The notes under the pieces: generated by a model
Told to the model about the DNA's origin: nothing
What the model saw: the letters and a program-made list of their open reading frames with translations, nothing else
Database searches by the model: none
Part shown: piece after piece, positions 48,554 to 62,500 of the stretch
Layout of the letters: the number at the start of each line of letters is the position of its first letter
How positions within the stretch are numbered: position 1 is the first letter of the stretch
Assembly: GCF_026571515.1 (NCBI RefSeq)
Contig: NW_026858822.1
Location: forward strand, 124,001-188,000
DNA: 64,000 nucleotides
Source: Ruditapes philippinarum
Taxonomy: Eukaryota
Direction of reading: 5' to 3'
Program-made: the position numbers and the translations under genes

Positions 48554-49359
48554 GTATGTACATGTACCTCATATTGTAAGCAGGTGTATGTGTGGTGTTT
48601 GTGCGTGTGTGTGTCTGCTTCTGAAATAACTTTGGCACCTTGAAATAGTCTTATATCGACTTCCCGGCTTTAAAGGTGGGTGGGTGGTAAACCCCCATAT
48701 GCTTACATGCATTATTTCTGGCAAAGACATTGGTTCGAGTCCTACTAGTCATGACCATGTTTCCGCATATGACACAATTTAAAGCGAGATTTTTCAAATA
48801 AGAATCTCCTATCTTAATAAGTGAATGCTCTTTAAATTTTAGTTTCTATACTTTAAAATTTTTGAGGGGGTGTAATGTTCTATAATTGTGGTATAATATT
48901 AACATATAAACTATTCGGTCGGGGAATGGGACCAAAAAGTCACTGCAAACCAACTGTAAATGTCCGCCATGTGGACAGTCATTTAGAGAGTAAATAATAT
49001 GTACATGCAAAGGACATATCGCACTATTTCGGCGCGAAAACATGCAAAACGGCCCGATGTAAATTCTAACATAGCACCACATAGGCAAACCCATATAAAG
49101 CTAGTTTATGAAATGCTTATAGATCTAACAGTTGTTCAATATCAAATTTTCATGTATATTATATAATATAATCAGGGTCTTTCAAATAGAAAGACCCTGA
49201 TATAATATAATAGGATATCATATATTTTTTGTCAAATAATAAGCCGCTGAAATTATTTGTGATACATACTGCAGTACAGCATTCTACCATTACAATAAAT
49301 GTTATTATTGCACAGACTTGAGCACCTTAATTGATCTGTCATACAGATCAGCTACAGTT

Positions 49360-49614
49360 CACAGGCACGAGTATCGGACCTGGGAAGAAAAATATGACCA
49401 GATTGATAAAAAAACTGTGTTCACCTTAAAAGTGTCCAAAAAAAAAAAATGTAAATAATGACCCCCTTTAAAAATATACTATAAGTTAACTTATAGTATA
49501 TTTTTAAAGGGGGTCATTATTTACATTTTTTTTGACACTTTTAAGGTGAACACAGTTTTTTTTTTATCAATCTGGTCATATTTTTTCTTCCCAGGTCCGA
49601 TACTCGTGCCTGTG
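49360..49614. mobile_element. Near-perfect palindromic MITE with an 8-bp TSD (hAT- or P-like)
   Basis: ctacagtt|cacaggcacgagtatcggacc ... ggtccgatactcgtgcctgtg|ctacagtt. Confidence 0.92.
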
Positions 49615-51387
49615 CTACAGTTGGCGTTTATGTAAATTTATGTATTTTAACACGGATTCGTAATGATAAACAGAACTACTCAGTGTGTAACAATGAGTAC
49701 TAAAGTGTTGATTTATGTTTTTATCTATGTTTTAATCGATTTATTAAGCTAGTAAAATACTGAACTAGTTTCTGGACGTATTTACATACATGTAGTACAC
49801 TACCGGTGAATCAGCTGGCGGGCGGGTCACGAGTACTACAACAACAACAACAACAACAACAACAAGATTATTTTGTTTGGAATATAAACAAAGATTATTT
49901 CGAGTTACATCAATGGAATATTGGTGATTTTATGTAGATCTATTTATGTGATATTTGTAAAAGTATGTGCTTATATAAACTATCCTGAATGGCAATTAAT
50001 TTTAACGTAATTTGTAAATACATCGATTGAAGATCTTACTAGTAGTCGGATAAAATAATATTCGGATACTAGTTTGTGTTCACGTGAAATACGTTCAGAT
50101 CTGTAAAATATATTGGGATTACTTGGTTTTCAATTGTTTTGTCACTATAAGTGGAAATTGAAATTGGTGAAGTTTTGTTAAGACACTTATTAGACTTTTT
50201 AAATCGATAATTATCATTAATTTTTGGAGGGCAAGATTTATTTGCAGTCTGCAAACTGGGCCAGATATTCACACTTAAGTAATTAGACTACATTGTATGA
50301 TAAGAATTGTGACAGGATGTTTAGAGTAGCTTACATGTAGGTTAGTTCAACAATAGCATCATTGGATCAGTCATTTTTTTGGTAATTAATAATTGAAGAA
50401 TAGGGGCTATTAGGGCAAGCTATTGATCTTCTGACCCAAGCATTGGTGCTTTTGTTGCTATCACAATTTGGTTATGTTTTTGTGTGCAAGTTGGTATCTC
50501 CAAAAATTATTGAAGGAAATAGGTTGAAACTTCACACACTTGTTCTCTTTAATTTATATCTTACATGAATGACATGACTGTAAGCTGCATGTACATTTAC
50601 CTGTTTTCTGAGTTTAATGCCAGTTTTCTTACATTTATAAGCCCTGAGAATATTCAAGCACGCTGTCATATAGACACAGCTTTGTTAAACCAAGAGTACA
50701 TGGGTATAGTAGGCGTAACGAGTCAGAATTTACCTTTCCATTATACATATGACAATGACAATGGTCACACTGCCTTGCAAATATTATGGTTTGTTTTTGT
50801 GCTAAAATGATATTTAAATGTGATTTTAAATGACAGGTACACCCCACACATTGGTTAGATTTTAATTCAGAAATATGATAAACCAGGCTTTTTCTCCTTA
50901 TAAAGCAGGGGAGGGGCTGTTAAAGGGCTGCTTCTCCAAAGAATTTTTTTTAAATCATGCAGTTTTCCCGAAAATTGAATAAAGTTTTTTCCTCCCCTTT
51001 TGCAAAATTTATATACCATGTTATTTCCACCCAAAATTAAGGACGGGCTGCTTCCAAAACCTGTGAAAAAAGGCCCTGACAAATGAACATGTATAAGTTG
51101 GTCTTTACTCAATTTAGCCAGGGCTTTTCAAACAGAAATTTTCTTATTTGAATAAATTGAAATTTGTTTCAAGATTTCTGTGGATCCAATGATAAAAAAT
51201 AATATAGTAGGTTATAAGTATTTTAGTATTTATCACCCAAAAAGCATCCAGTTTGCAATGTTAAATATTTTGCTTATGAAAGTCCACATTTCATACAAAC
51301 CTAAGTGTGTCACTATAACTCGGATTAAGAAGCCCAGATGATACAAATGGATGTGCAGTTGATGTACATGTATTAGGCTAGTTTTAA

Positions 51388-51738
51388 AGCTGCTCGCCTC
51401 CAGAAGAGCCAAAATATTTCAAGAAAATCAATATTGAAAAAAAATTTACTAAAATTTTAAGAAAGGTAAAAACATTCAAGATCTAAGTGACATGTTACAT
51501 GTTATATTTGGTTTAAGACTGCTTTTGCAGTATTTTATCACAATATTTCTACTGCATTACTATTAACGCAGTAACGGCAGTTTTTGCTTATGTTGACCAC
51601 TTTTTGGTAATTTTCTTGGATTGTAAGTGCCAATTGCAATATGTAATTTGCTTTATTTGTTCACCTCACAATATTTTACTTTTAAATACATTTTCAAAAT
51701 TTTCATGAAAATAAACATGAATCTGGAGGCGTGCTGCT
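51388..51738. mobile_element. Kolobok-like MITE
   Basis: ttaa|agctgctcgcctccaga ... tctggaggcgtgctgct|ttaa. Confidence 0.8.
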
Positions 51739-51782
51739 TTAAATAGTTAATGCTATTAAAGGAACAGAGACACAAAATAAAT

Positions 51783-52017
51783 GAGCCGCATCATGACAAA
51801 ACCAACATAATGGGTTTGCGACCAGCATGGATCCAGACCAGCCTGCGCATCCGCGCAGTCTGATCAGGATCCATGCTGTTCGCTATCAGTTTCTCTACTT
51901 GTTATAGGGTTTGTAAGCTAACAGCATGGATCCTGATCAGACTGCGCGGATGCGCAGGCTGGTCTGGATCCATGCTGGTCGCAAACCCATTATGTTGGTT
52001 TTGTCGTGACACGGCTC
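51783..52017. mobile_element. Sola-like palindromic MITE, full length (235 bp), TSD AAAT
   Basis: aaat|gagccg...cggctc|aaat. Confidence 0.9.
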
Positions 52018-52778
52018 AAATGATATCATCATGATAATCCCTGCTAATATTTAATCTGTCTGGTTTGTACCGGTTATTTCTGCATTTACCTGTTAATACA
52101 TAATCAGTAACCACCAGATACAAGACTCGGAGTACACCTCACTTCCTACTTAAGTCATTTTGAAAAATGATTTAATTTATTTTATGTACATGTATAGCTC
52201 ATGCGATAGCATAATATCATCATATTCATGATTATTTCATTTATTTAAGTATCCATTCAAATTAACTTAATATCATTTAGTATCAAGGGGAAGATAAATA
52301 ACATTATACAATGTACATGGAATTGAAGTGATTTCTAGTTAATAATTAAACTGACATTTGCCAATAACTACTTTTATCTGATAGTTATATTTTGGGGATT
52401 TGAAACCTTTTCTTGTTTAGCTAATGATAAATTAGTAATGCATTGCGATCCTAAAAGATTAATATTCAGATAAGTGTTTTATTATAATACTTGTTATATC
52501 ATTTAATCATGAATAAAATTTAATGAATATAGATATTAGATATATATGCACTTTTATTTGAATGAAATCCAATCTACCATAAACTTGCTAATAAACACAA
52601 TCATGTGAAATTTTAAATTATTTGTTTTTAAAGATAATATCAATAAATTGATTTATTCCTAAAAGTAAAGCATTTATAGACATGGAATGGTTTCCAGTAA
52701 GATAAATTAGAATAAGAACACCCCTGTAAACATGCTCTTTGAATAAGGCAAAATTGCCTAGTGTTACCTGTCATTAAA

Positions 52779-53004
52779 AAACCGCCTCCGTGGTCGAGGG
52801 GTTAGAGTCGATGACTTCTAATCCAGTTACCTCTCTGGCGTGGGTTCGATCCCCGGGAGATGCTTTGGTAGTTTAGCGCGGAGGAAGGTTGTCTAGTACT
52901 GGTGTAACTCTCCAGGAACGATGGTTAGGAAACTACCCGCCTATATGACTGAAATACTGTTGAAAAAGGCGTAAAAATGAAACAAACAAACAAACAAACA
53001 AAAG
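52779..53004 (+). mobile_element. tRNA-derived SINE with a (CAAA)n tail and 11-bp TSD
   Basis: A-box-like gtggtcgaggggtt, B box gggttcgatccc, and tail ctgttgaaaaaggcgtaaaa..(aaac)n. TSD ctgtcattaaa at 52768-52778 and 53005-53015. Confidence 0.85.
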
Positions 53005-53519
53005 CTGTCATTAAAGGTAGTCATTAGAGCGATAAAGGGCAGCTCTAGTCCTCTTGTTTTAATTAGCTATGTCATTTTCTTATTAGGTGAAGCACGGTAT
53101 GTCAGTAGCCAGTAGTTAACATTATGTACTTTGATCATAGATAAGTATCTATTCACTGGACAGGATGATAAAAGTGTTTTCCACTGTTTACCTTGGGCCA
53201 TTTTAAGGAAGTTTTTGTTGCTTCCTTTTCTTATTTAAAACAAATCAGTGTAATTGTATTTATAAGTGAATTGAGTATGCTTGTTAAACTAATGTGTTTT
53301 TGATAGTTTGTTTTTAGTCCTTGTAAAAGATTTTTGTTTATGTAATTGAAAGCTATTATGGTATCTTATATCAGTGAATGGATCTTATATTAAGCACATA
53401 CACTTTACACAATTAGTATAGGGAAAGAACTTATGATCGTGAAATAATAAAAAAGGTTTAACTGAAAAGGATATTTCCACTTGGAAAAGTGAAAGCAAGA
53501 TTTTAAAAAAGAAGGGACA

Positions 53520-56500
53520 ATGGCTAGTAATATGGCTGCAGATTTTGAAAATAGCGGGAATTTATCTACCAGTAAGCGAGTGACTTACGGTAGCAATGAG
53601 GAACATAACCCATCCCCTCCATCGAGTGAAAATAGTGACATTAATGGGGCGGACAACACACCGCTTATTCACTCACCAATGATCTGGCGACTGCCTCGAG
53701 GCTTGAGCAGGAGTGTACGAACGAGGCAGGACTCCTTGATGGACAATCGTAGGACCCTCGGAACATTTGCGGGAGTATTCTGTCCGATTGCATTGTCAAT
53801 GTTCAGCACCCTTTTGTTCTTGAGAACAGGTACATGTATGATTGTATTTGTAAAGTGAAATTAAAAAATTTTGAGTGACTTTATGAATTACATTGTGTGA
53901 TGTTATGGTACTGATTAATATAAAATGGTATGTTATTGATATAAAATGGTACAGTATAAGGGAGTATTGGATTTTATTGTTTTACTTGTTGATGATTTCA
54001 TGAACGCTGATTCCACAGAAGTATTAAGCAATAAAATGATTATCTTAAGTTATCTTTTTCAACGTACAAAAGTGACGTTGTTTAAAATGTAAGTTAATAA
54101 TATTATGCAATACAATGATAAGTTAAAAATGATAATGAAACACAAAATAAGAATTCTATAACATAATAGTTATTGTTTTTTTTATGAAATAGGCAATATT
54201 TAAGGACAGACAGGTTCATATTTAAAGCATGACAGTTGACTGAGAAATGTACAATGTAATGCAAAGGGCAATGTAATTTATGTCTATGAATAACATGGAG
54301 AAATTATTTCCAATTACGAAATTAACTGTTTCACTTTTTCATACATAGAGAGGCTAGTTTTTTTATATGCACCGTTATCTGTACTGTGTCATTATGTATG
54401 TAGATCTACATGTATACCCATTGTTCTTGTGCATATTGTTTATTTATTGCTGTATTTCTTGGTTCATTGTTCAAAATCCTCAGTCAATTAATGAATTTAT
54501 TATCTGATGGATACAATAACATACGAAACCAGTCATCAAGACACAGTCAACGCCCTCTTTCAGTATGTGTTCTAAGTTTAATAAGGGTCCATCCACCCTT
54601 TCAGGCACTGAATGTATGAACCCCGGACATGTCACCAATCATGTCCTTAAATACTATTAAGTTGCCAAATGGTGACCTCTTTCCAATTTCCAGTCCTTAT
54701 TTATTGTCTGTCTATAATCGGCCCTTATATGATGTGTATGACCTTTGTAGAAAGGTGACCTTGGGTCCATGATTATTACAGTATACATGTAGATAGTTTA
54801 CATATGAGCCGCGTCGCGACAAAACCAACATAGTGGGTTTGCGACCAGCATGGATTCAGACCAGCCTGCGCTTCCGCGCAGTCTGATCAGGATCCATGCT
54901 GTTCGCTATCAGTTTCTCTACTTGTTATAGGCTTGGTAAGCGAACAGCATGGATCCTGATCAGACTGCACGGATGCGCAGGCTGGTCTTGATCCATGCTG
55001 GTCGCAAAAGCATTACGTTGGTTTTGTCATGACGAAGCTCATATTTACATTATATATTAGATATCTTATTTACTTTTATCATGATATCTGTGATATACTG
55101 TACATAAACTTTGTTTTCACTCATGTTTAACCCTACGGTATCATATTTGACGTAGATAGTGAACTTTTAATTATTAAAATAAATGTCAAATGTTAGTGCA
55201 TTTGTTGTTAATTAAGAAACATAATTTGTCACCTTAGCGCAGTAAGAGATTAACTCCTTATATAATCTTAGGGGAGTTAACCTGTTACTGCACTAAGGTG
55301 ACAATTTATTGTTTCTTTATTCATCAGATCTGCATTTTTTGACCTCATGATTTTTTACTTTGTCAATGACATTTATATGTGAATGATTCAATTGTACAAT
55401 TGTAATTTCGTCAGCAAAGATGCACATGATATTGAGAAAGTGTAGGGTAATTGGTTTGTGTGGCAGGCATGTTGATGCTTATTTTGTCGCGGTGGTATGC
55501 CACAAATGTTAATGTAAATAATAATGGGCTGAAATAAGCATAATCAGGACTTTTCACAGCCATTTTGAGAAAAAAGTACAATGCATAATTTTGGGATTTT
55601 TTCCGCCTAAATTTATCTAATTGGGAAAAAAACTTTAAGTATTCGGTTCATTATTAATTTTGAGAAATCTATAAGTAAAAAGAAACTAAATTGGATTTCT
55701 ATTCATGTTTCTTTTCACTGTTCCATCATTTTCACTAATTATGTTAAGAAATTGTATACCGGTATACGGTGTTAACAGTGTATACATATCAAACTAAAGC
55801 ATTCTTCTTTCTTTCAACCAGTGACTTATATAACCTTCCATCACTGAAAAGTGAAAACAATGCAGATTATGCTTTGTACAAATGTAGCACTGGGGTATAT
55901 GATTAGTGTAACTCAAAGTGTGAATAGTGTATACCAAAGTCTGATCAGCTGGCACTTCTGTGAATGCATTTAAACAGATTGAATGACAGACAAGTTCGTT
56001 CAAGATATTTAGCGTTTTATGGCTTCAAGAAGCTCATAAATTGGCATCAATAAAAATAAATTGATTATGCTTTTTACTGATTCATGTTCTTGCAAGTAAT
56101 TTTAAAAACACCTTCTTAATTAAAGGAGGTAAGTTTTGTTCACTTTCCTGTTAATTTCATCTTAATATTTCACTCAAGCGAAGCGGTGAATTAGGGAGCT
56201 TAATTACCTAAATCATCAAGGGAAATTATCTGCAAGGAAAATTACTTACTTTTCAAAAGTGTTATATGCTGTATGAACAGACACAGGTCTTGATATTATT
56301 GGTGACAGACAACATTTCTTTGCTGTTGCTGTTTCCACAGCTTCTTTGATAAGTTATACAATAAAGCTAGTGAAAAACTTAAAAACTTCTGTTGCTGAAT
56401 AGTTCCCTTGATTAGACTTGTCAAATAGATATCAACATGTTTTTGGACAGGGAACTTCTTTTCCCAATGGTTTGACAGTATAGGAAACAAAACTTCATCT

Positions 56501-59500
56501 GAAAATTCAAATATGTGTCAAACAAATCATGTGTAATTAATAAAGCTAGTCGCCAAGTTAATTGCAGTTAATTACAAAGATTAAGTACTGTATAAGTAAA
56601 TGGAAAATGGAGGCATTTGTTCTTGTTTTATAAACTTTAAAGGCATATAATGACATGCTATACAGTTTTGAAATACCTTTGACATTTAATGCTAGATATG
56701 CAATTATGCCAAGAGTTTATATCTAATATTTAGTACATGTATTAAGTGAGAGAATTATTACAGGAAAAGCTTGGATGACAAAATTTGACCTTTAAGGTTT
56801 TCAGTCTCTATTTTTATGATTTGACATGATTTTCAGATTAAATGATGCTGTCTGTAGATTATACTTAAATCGCATGTTAGGAGTTTCCAGTTATATGTAC
56901 AAATAATGTAAGTTAAAAGTCATGACGTTGTCTATGTATATAGTTAAAGTAACTCTTACCATGCCAAATATATTAAATGAACTTGCACCACTTTCAATCT
57001 GAACAAATCCTTTTATGTTTTTTTAAGGGAAAATTTCAAAATAAATGCTTAGGGAAAATCTCAAAAAATTAGTGTTGGCTGAATATCGAACAGTGCAGAC
57101 CATGAACAGACAGCATGGGTTTATTCAGTTGCCACCAGCAGCAGGCTATAGACTAAAATGTCACATGTGCATATACTTGAATGTTGCCCATTTATTCAAA
57201 CATTTCAAGTTATCAACTTGACACTTGGAATACAGTAAATTCTGAGCTTACAAACGACCCTTTATTGCAGGCAAATCAATAATTTGCTCACTTTTTTCAA
57301 GTCCTGATTTTCTTTTGCCTATAAACTGTTATATTTCTACAACGATTCTAATCGTAAATGATAACCACCTATTACAGATACACATATAGATGATATAGTG
57401 ATAACTGGCATGGGTCTCTAACTTAAGACCAACTTGATAATTATAAGACCACTTCTACAAGAGCCCAAAAGTGGTCCTAATCTTTATAACAGACTTTACT
57501 GTACTTGCTTATCATGACAAAGTGCAGTGGTTAGACAAGGGGCATAATTCTAAAAGCAATATTTTTTGAGTTATGCCCCTTTTTAACTTAGAATTTTAAC
57601 AGACTAGCAATAATAACCCATGTGATGCTCTTGATGTATTTCAGTATTGAAAATCCCATATCTTTAAATGGGCTGTCCCAAAACCAGGCTAATTTTTTAT
57701 ACATTACAAAAGTTGGACTGGTTAACAGACTAACAGTTAATAACATTGTGTTCGGACTGTAATAAATAACCATATTGTCAATTTTTACATTTCAGGTTTT
57801 GTAGTCGGTCAGGCTGGTATATTGGAGACGATACTACAGCTTATTCTAGCCTACACTATACTCGTATTAACTGTGTTCAGTATATGTGCGATATCAACAA
57901 ATGGTGCCGTGGAAGGGGGCGGGGCTTACTGTATCCTTTCAACAGATGTTACACATTCTTTACCTACGTTATTGCTATTAATTGTCAGATGTTATCATCA
58001 GTTTATTGTCAGCTTAATGAAATATATTTTTATTGTTGTTTTTTAGCTCACCTGTCACAAAGTGACAGGGTGAGCTTTTGTGATCGCTTTTCGTCCGGCG
58101 TCCGTCGTCCGTCCGTCGTCCGTAAACTTTTACTTTAAATGACATTTCCTCATAAACCACTTGGCCAATTTCATCCAAACTTCACAGGAATGTTCCTTTG
58201 GTGGTCACCTTTAAAATTGTTCAAAGAATTTAATTCCATGCAGAACTCTGGTTGCCATGGCAACCGAAAGAAAAAACTTCAAATATCTTCTTTTAAAAAA
58301 CCCTAAGAGCTAGAGCTTAGATATTTGGCATGAAACATCTTCTAGTAAGTGTCTACCAAGTTTGTTCAAAAAAAAGCCCTGGGGTCAAAATTGGCCCCGC
58401 CCCAGGGGGTCATTGATTTTCCCTATATGCATATAGTAAAAACTTAAAAAATCTTCTTTTAAAGAACCCAAATAGCTAGAGCTAAGATATTTAGCATGAA
58501 ACATGTTCTAATGAGTGTCTACCAAGTTTGTTAAAAAAAAAGCCCTGGGGTCAAAATTGGCCCCGCCCCAGGGGGTCATTTATTTTCCCTATATGCATAT
58601 AGTGAAAACTTAAAAAATCTTCTTTTAAATAACTCAAAGAGCTAGAGCTAAGATATTTAGCATCAAACATGTTCTAATAGGTGTCTACCAAGTTTGTTCA
58701 AATAAAAGACCTGAGGTCAAAATTGGCCCGGCCCCGGGGGTCATTGATTTTCCTTATATGTGTATATCAAAAACTTAAAATCTTTTTTGAAAAAACCCAA
58801 ATAGCTAGAGTTTAGATATTAAGCATGTAACATCTTCTAGTAAGTGTCTACAAAGCTTGTTCAAATAAAAGCCCTGGGGTCAAAACTGGCCCCGCCCCAG
58901 GGGTGTCATTGTTTTTAACTATTTGTGTATAGTAAAAACTTTAAAAAATCTTCTTTTAAAAAGCCCAATGAGCTGGAGCTTAGATGTTTAGCATGAAACA
59001 TCTTCTTATGGGTGTCTACCAAGTTTGTTCAAATAAACACCCTGGGGTCAAAATTGGCCCCGCCCCAGGGGATCATTGATTTTCCCTATATGCATATAGT
59101 AAAAACTTAAAAAATCTTCTTTTTTAAGAACTCAAAGAGCTAGAGCTAAGATATTTAGCATCAAACATGTTCTAATGGGTGTCTACCAAGTTTGTTAAAA
59201 AAAAAGCCCTGGGGTCAAAATTGGCCCCGCCCGGGGGGTCATTGATTTTCCTTATATGTGTATAGTAAAAACTTAAAAAATCTTCTTTGAAAAAACCCAA
59301 ATAGCTAGAGTTTAGATATTAAGCATGAAACATCTTCTAGTGAGTGTCTACAAAGTTTGTTCAAATAAAAGACCTGGGGTCAAAATTGGCCCCGCCCCAG
59401 GGGGTCATTTATTTTCCTTATATGTGTATAGCAAAAACTAAAAAATCTTCTTTGAAAAACCCAAATAGCTAGAGTTTAGATATTAAGCATGAAACTTCTT

Positions 59501-62500
59501 TTAGTAAGTGTCTTCAAAGTTTGTTCAAATAAAAGCCCTGGGGTCAAAACTGGTCTCGCCCCAGGGGTGTCATTGTATTTAACTATATGTGTATAGTAAA
59601 AGCCTTAAAAAAATCTTCTTTAAAAAAACCGAATGAGCTAGAGCTTAGATGTTCAGCATGAAACATCTTCTTATGGGTGTCTACCAAGTTTGTTCAAATA
59701 AAAGCCTTTGGATTAAAATTGGCCCTGCCGGGGGGGGGGGGGGGGGGGGGGAAGGGGAGAGAGGGCAGGGGGGGGACATTGTTTTTCATTATATGTGTGT
59801 AGTAAAAACTTAACATCATGAAACATCTTCTAATGGCTGTCTTCCAAGTTTGTTCAAATAAAAGCCCTGGGGTTTAAACTGGCCCCGCTCCAGGGGCCTA
59901 TATACAGGTGAGCGACCTCAGGGCCATCATGGCCCTCTTGTTTTTGTTTAAGGTAGTTTTTAATGATTTAATAAAGGTTTTATACATTTTACACAGAGAG
60001 GCCTTATATCAGTTTAACCATAATCCTGCTAAATTTGTGAAATGGATTTGCCCATCTTTGATACTAGAACAGTCTAATATAGGTATTAAGGGATTTTAGA
60101 ATCAAAATACAAAAAATGAGCTACCAACATATGCTAGTTAATTAAGCATGAATGGTTTGAGCCACTTAACTGTTCTTTTTTTCCTACTGTCAAACTGTTT
60201 CGAAAACGACATCAACTGTTCAAAAAGTATCTCACTTAGTTGGACTACCAACATATTGTAACCCTCAATCTATTGAATTTCATGAATTTACTTGTCAAGC
60301 TTCCACTCTTGGAACTGCCCGTTATCAATTTTAGGGATGTAAGAATGAAGTTATATCAGACTGAAGTTGGTGTCAGCCAACAGTGCCTTGCCTGGCTCTA
60401 TAAATGAGCCGGGTAACGACAAAACCAACATAGTGTGTTTGTGACCAGCATGGATCCAGACCAGCCTGTGCATTTGCGCAGTCTGATCAGGATCCATGCT
60501 GTTCGCTTACCAACTCTGTTACAAGTAGAGAAACTGATAGCAAACAGCATGGATCCTGATCAGACTGCGCGGATGCGCAGGCTGGTCTGGATCCATGCTG
60601 GTTGCAAACCCATTATGTTGGTTTTGTAGTGGCGCGGCTCAAATGAAACTGATAGCAAAGGCTAATCACTTTCTGTTCAAGAAGGTAACAAGCGAAAATG
60701 AAGAATAAAAGTAAATTTGTAAATAAATAAAAAAATAAAAAGAAGAAAATAAGCATGTCTGATGTCACTGAATCAAATATGTTTTTTTTTTATTATTTTT
60801 GTTGACAAATGTATAGCACCTACTCAGAAGAGAAAAAATTTAGATAAACATCTTTTAAATGAGAGAGCTAATAATAACAGCTGTTAAGTGAAATAAACTT
60901 CAACACCTTGAATTATAAAATTTGATACCATCTGGTGATAGGTAGTTTCTTTGAACAAATTTAATTGCCTATTGATTTGTGGGTTGCTTAACTGGAAATT
61001 TAAACCTGTTGCTATTCATTAATATAGCTAGAGAGACATATGTAGATATAGACAATTATTTGTCAATTGTCAAGATTGATAATTTACTTTAAAGGCTGTT
61101 ATATTCATTCTGTTTCAGCTTTTCTTTTAAAGGTCCTTCATTTCAGTTTGTTTAATCTTTACTTTTAAAGGCCCTTAAAGCCATTTTGTTTTAGCTTTAC
61201 ATTAAAAGCACTTAAATTCATTTATTTTTGTTTACCTTTAAAGACCCTTCAATTTATTTTGTTTTAGTTTTACTTTAAAGGCCCTTAAATTCATCTTATT
61301 TTAGCTTTACTTTAAAGGCCCTTAAATTCATTTTATTTTAGCTTTACATTAAAGGCCCATAAATTCATTTTGTTTTAGCATTACTTTAAAGGCCCTTAAA
61401 TAAATCTTGGTTATTTGCATCTTCAATATTGTTTTACCAATAAACTACTTAAACTGAAAGTGAAAAACTTTACAATCAGTATACTGCCAGGCCAGGCATA
61501 ACATTCAGTCTGACCAGTGGCTATATTCTACAATCTTGATATCCCTAGAACTGATAATGAAATGTTCCAAATATAGAAGCTCAGCAAAGTCTATTTAAGA
61601 AATTCAGCAGGATAAAGGTTATATTACAATAATTAAAACATACTAGGATTGGTGGCTCTATTTATTTTTTTAACACATAGGATATTAGCTTCGGCTGAGG
61701 TTAAAATATTAGCAGTCCTTTACATAGTAGTATTGAACTTTAGCTAAATCATAAATGTTACTAGTATGGTATTGAACTTTAAACCATTACTTTTAGTTCA
61801 TTGACCTGAAGGTCATTGGATTGAATTTCACACAGTCCTCTAGGTTCATGCTTTTATGTTTTAAGTAGGACAGGGATAGTGGAAAGGTTAATTTATTACA
61901 AATACCTAATAATATGAATTTTTAGCTTTGTTACTGTCATGTCCGTGCAGGTTGCTTAAAAAGGGCAACTTTTTCTTGTTAAAGAAAACCCAAACAACAA
62001 AATTTGAAAAACATTGATAGTCATACTTCCTTATTTTTTTTAAGGGTGAACCAGTGGATAGATTATCACAAAGTTTATTCTGTGGCAGGTTCACTGTCAT
62101 TATTATGCAGATGTACTTTGTTAACTTCTTAAAGGAAATATGGCCTTTTCTCATGCTTTCATACATGGAATACTTATTTATCACCTTCGTACTCATTTTA
62201 AGACTGTCATGGATCATAAATTAGATCATAATTATGCACCCTGTTTTGACTTTAAAGTGTTCAAAGACTAATTCCCCTTTTTAGACATACAAGTTTTCTA
62301 TGACCAATCTTCTATCCTCTATCAAGTACTGACTGTTGTCAAGGGCCCTGTTTTACTCCAACAATTATTGCTTGAATATTTGTTTTCCTGAGCTATATAT
62401 AGATATGATCAGCAGAGCCCTGGGTCCGGAGTTTGGTGGTAGTATAGGGTTCCTGTTCTATGTGGCCAATGTGCTGGCATGTGCCCTATATGTGAGCGGC

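Larger units (their letters stand above)
57931..62402 (+). other. U12-type (minor spliceosome) GT-AG intron
   Basis: The 5' site is GTATCCTTT. A branch-like ttttcctgag lies about 10 nt before the AG, with no polypyrimidine tract. Confidence 0.85.

Noticed and set aside
52779-52860. tRNA gene
   Set aside because: The A and B boxes continue into a SINE body with a tail and TSD, and there is no clean cloverleaf.
59729-59776. Poly-G tract as a functional G-quadruplex
   Set aside because: It is an expansion of the gggg in a satellite monomer and may be a sequencing artefact.
60435-60629. Repeated SMDPDQ..LIRIHAV ORFs (also 25198 and 31017)
   Set aside because: They are translations of the palindromic MITE, not a gene family.
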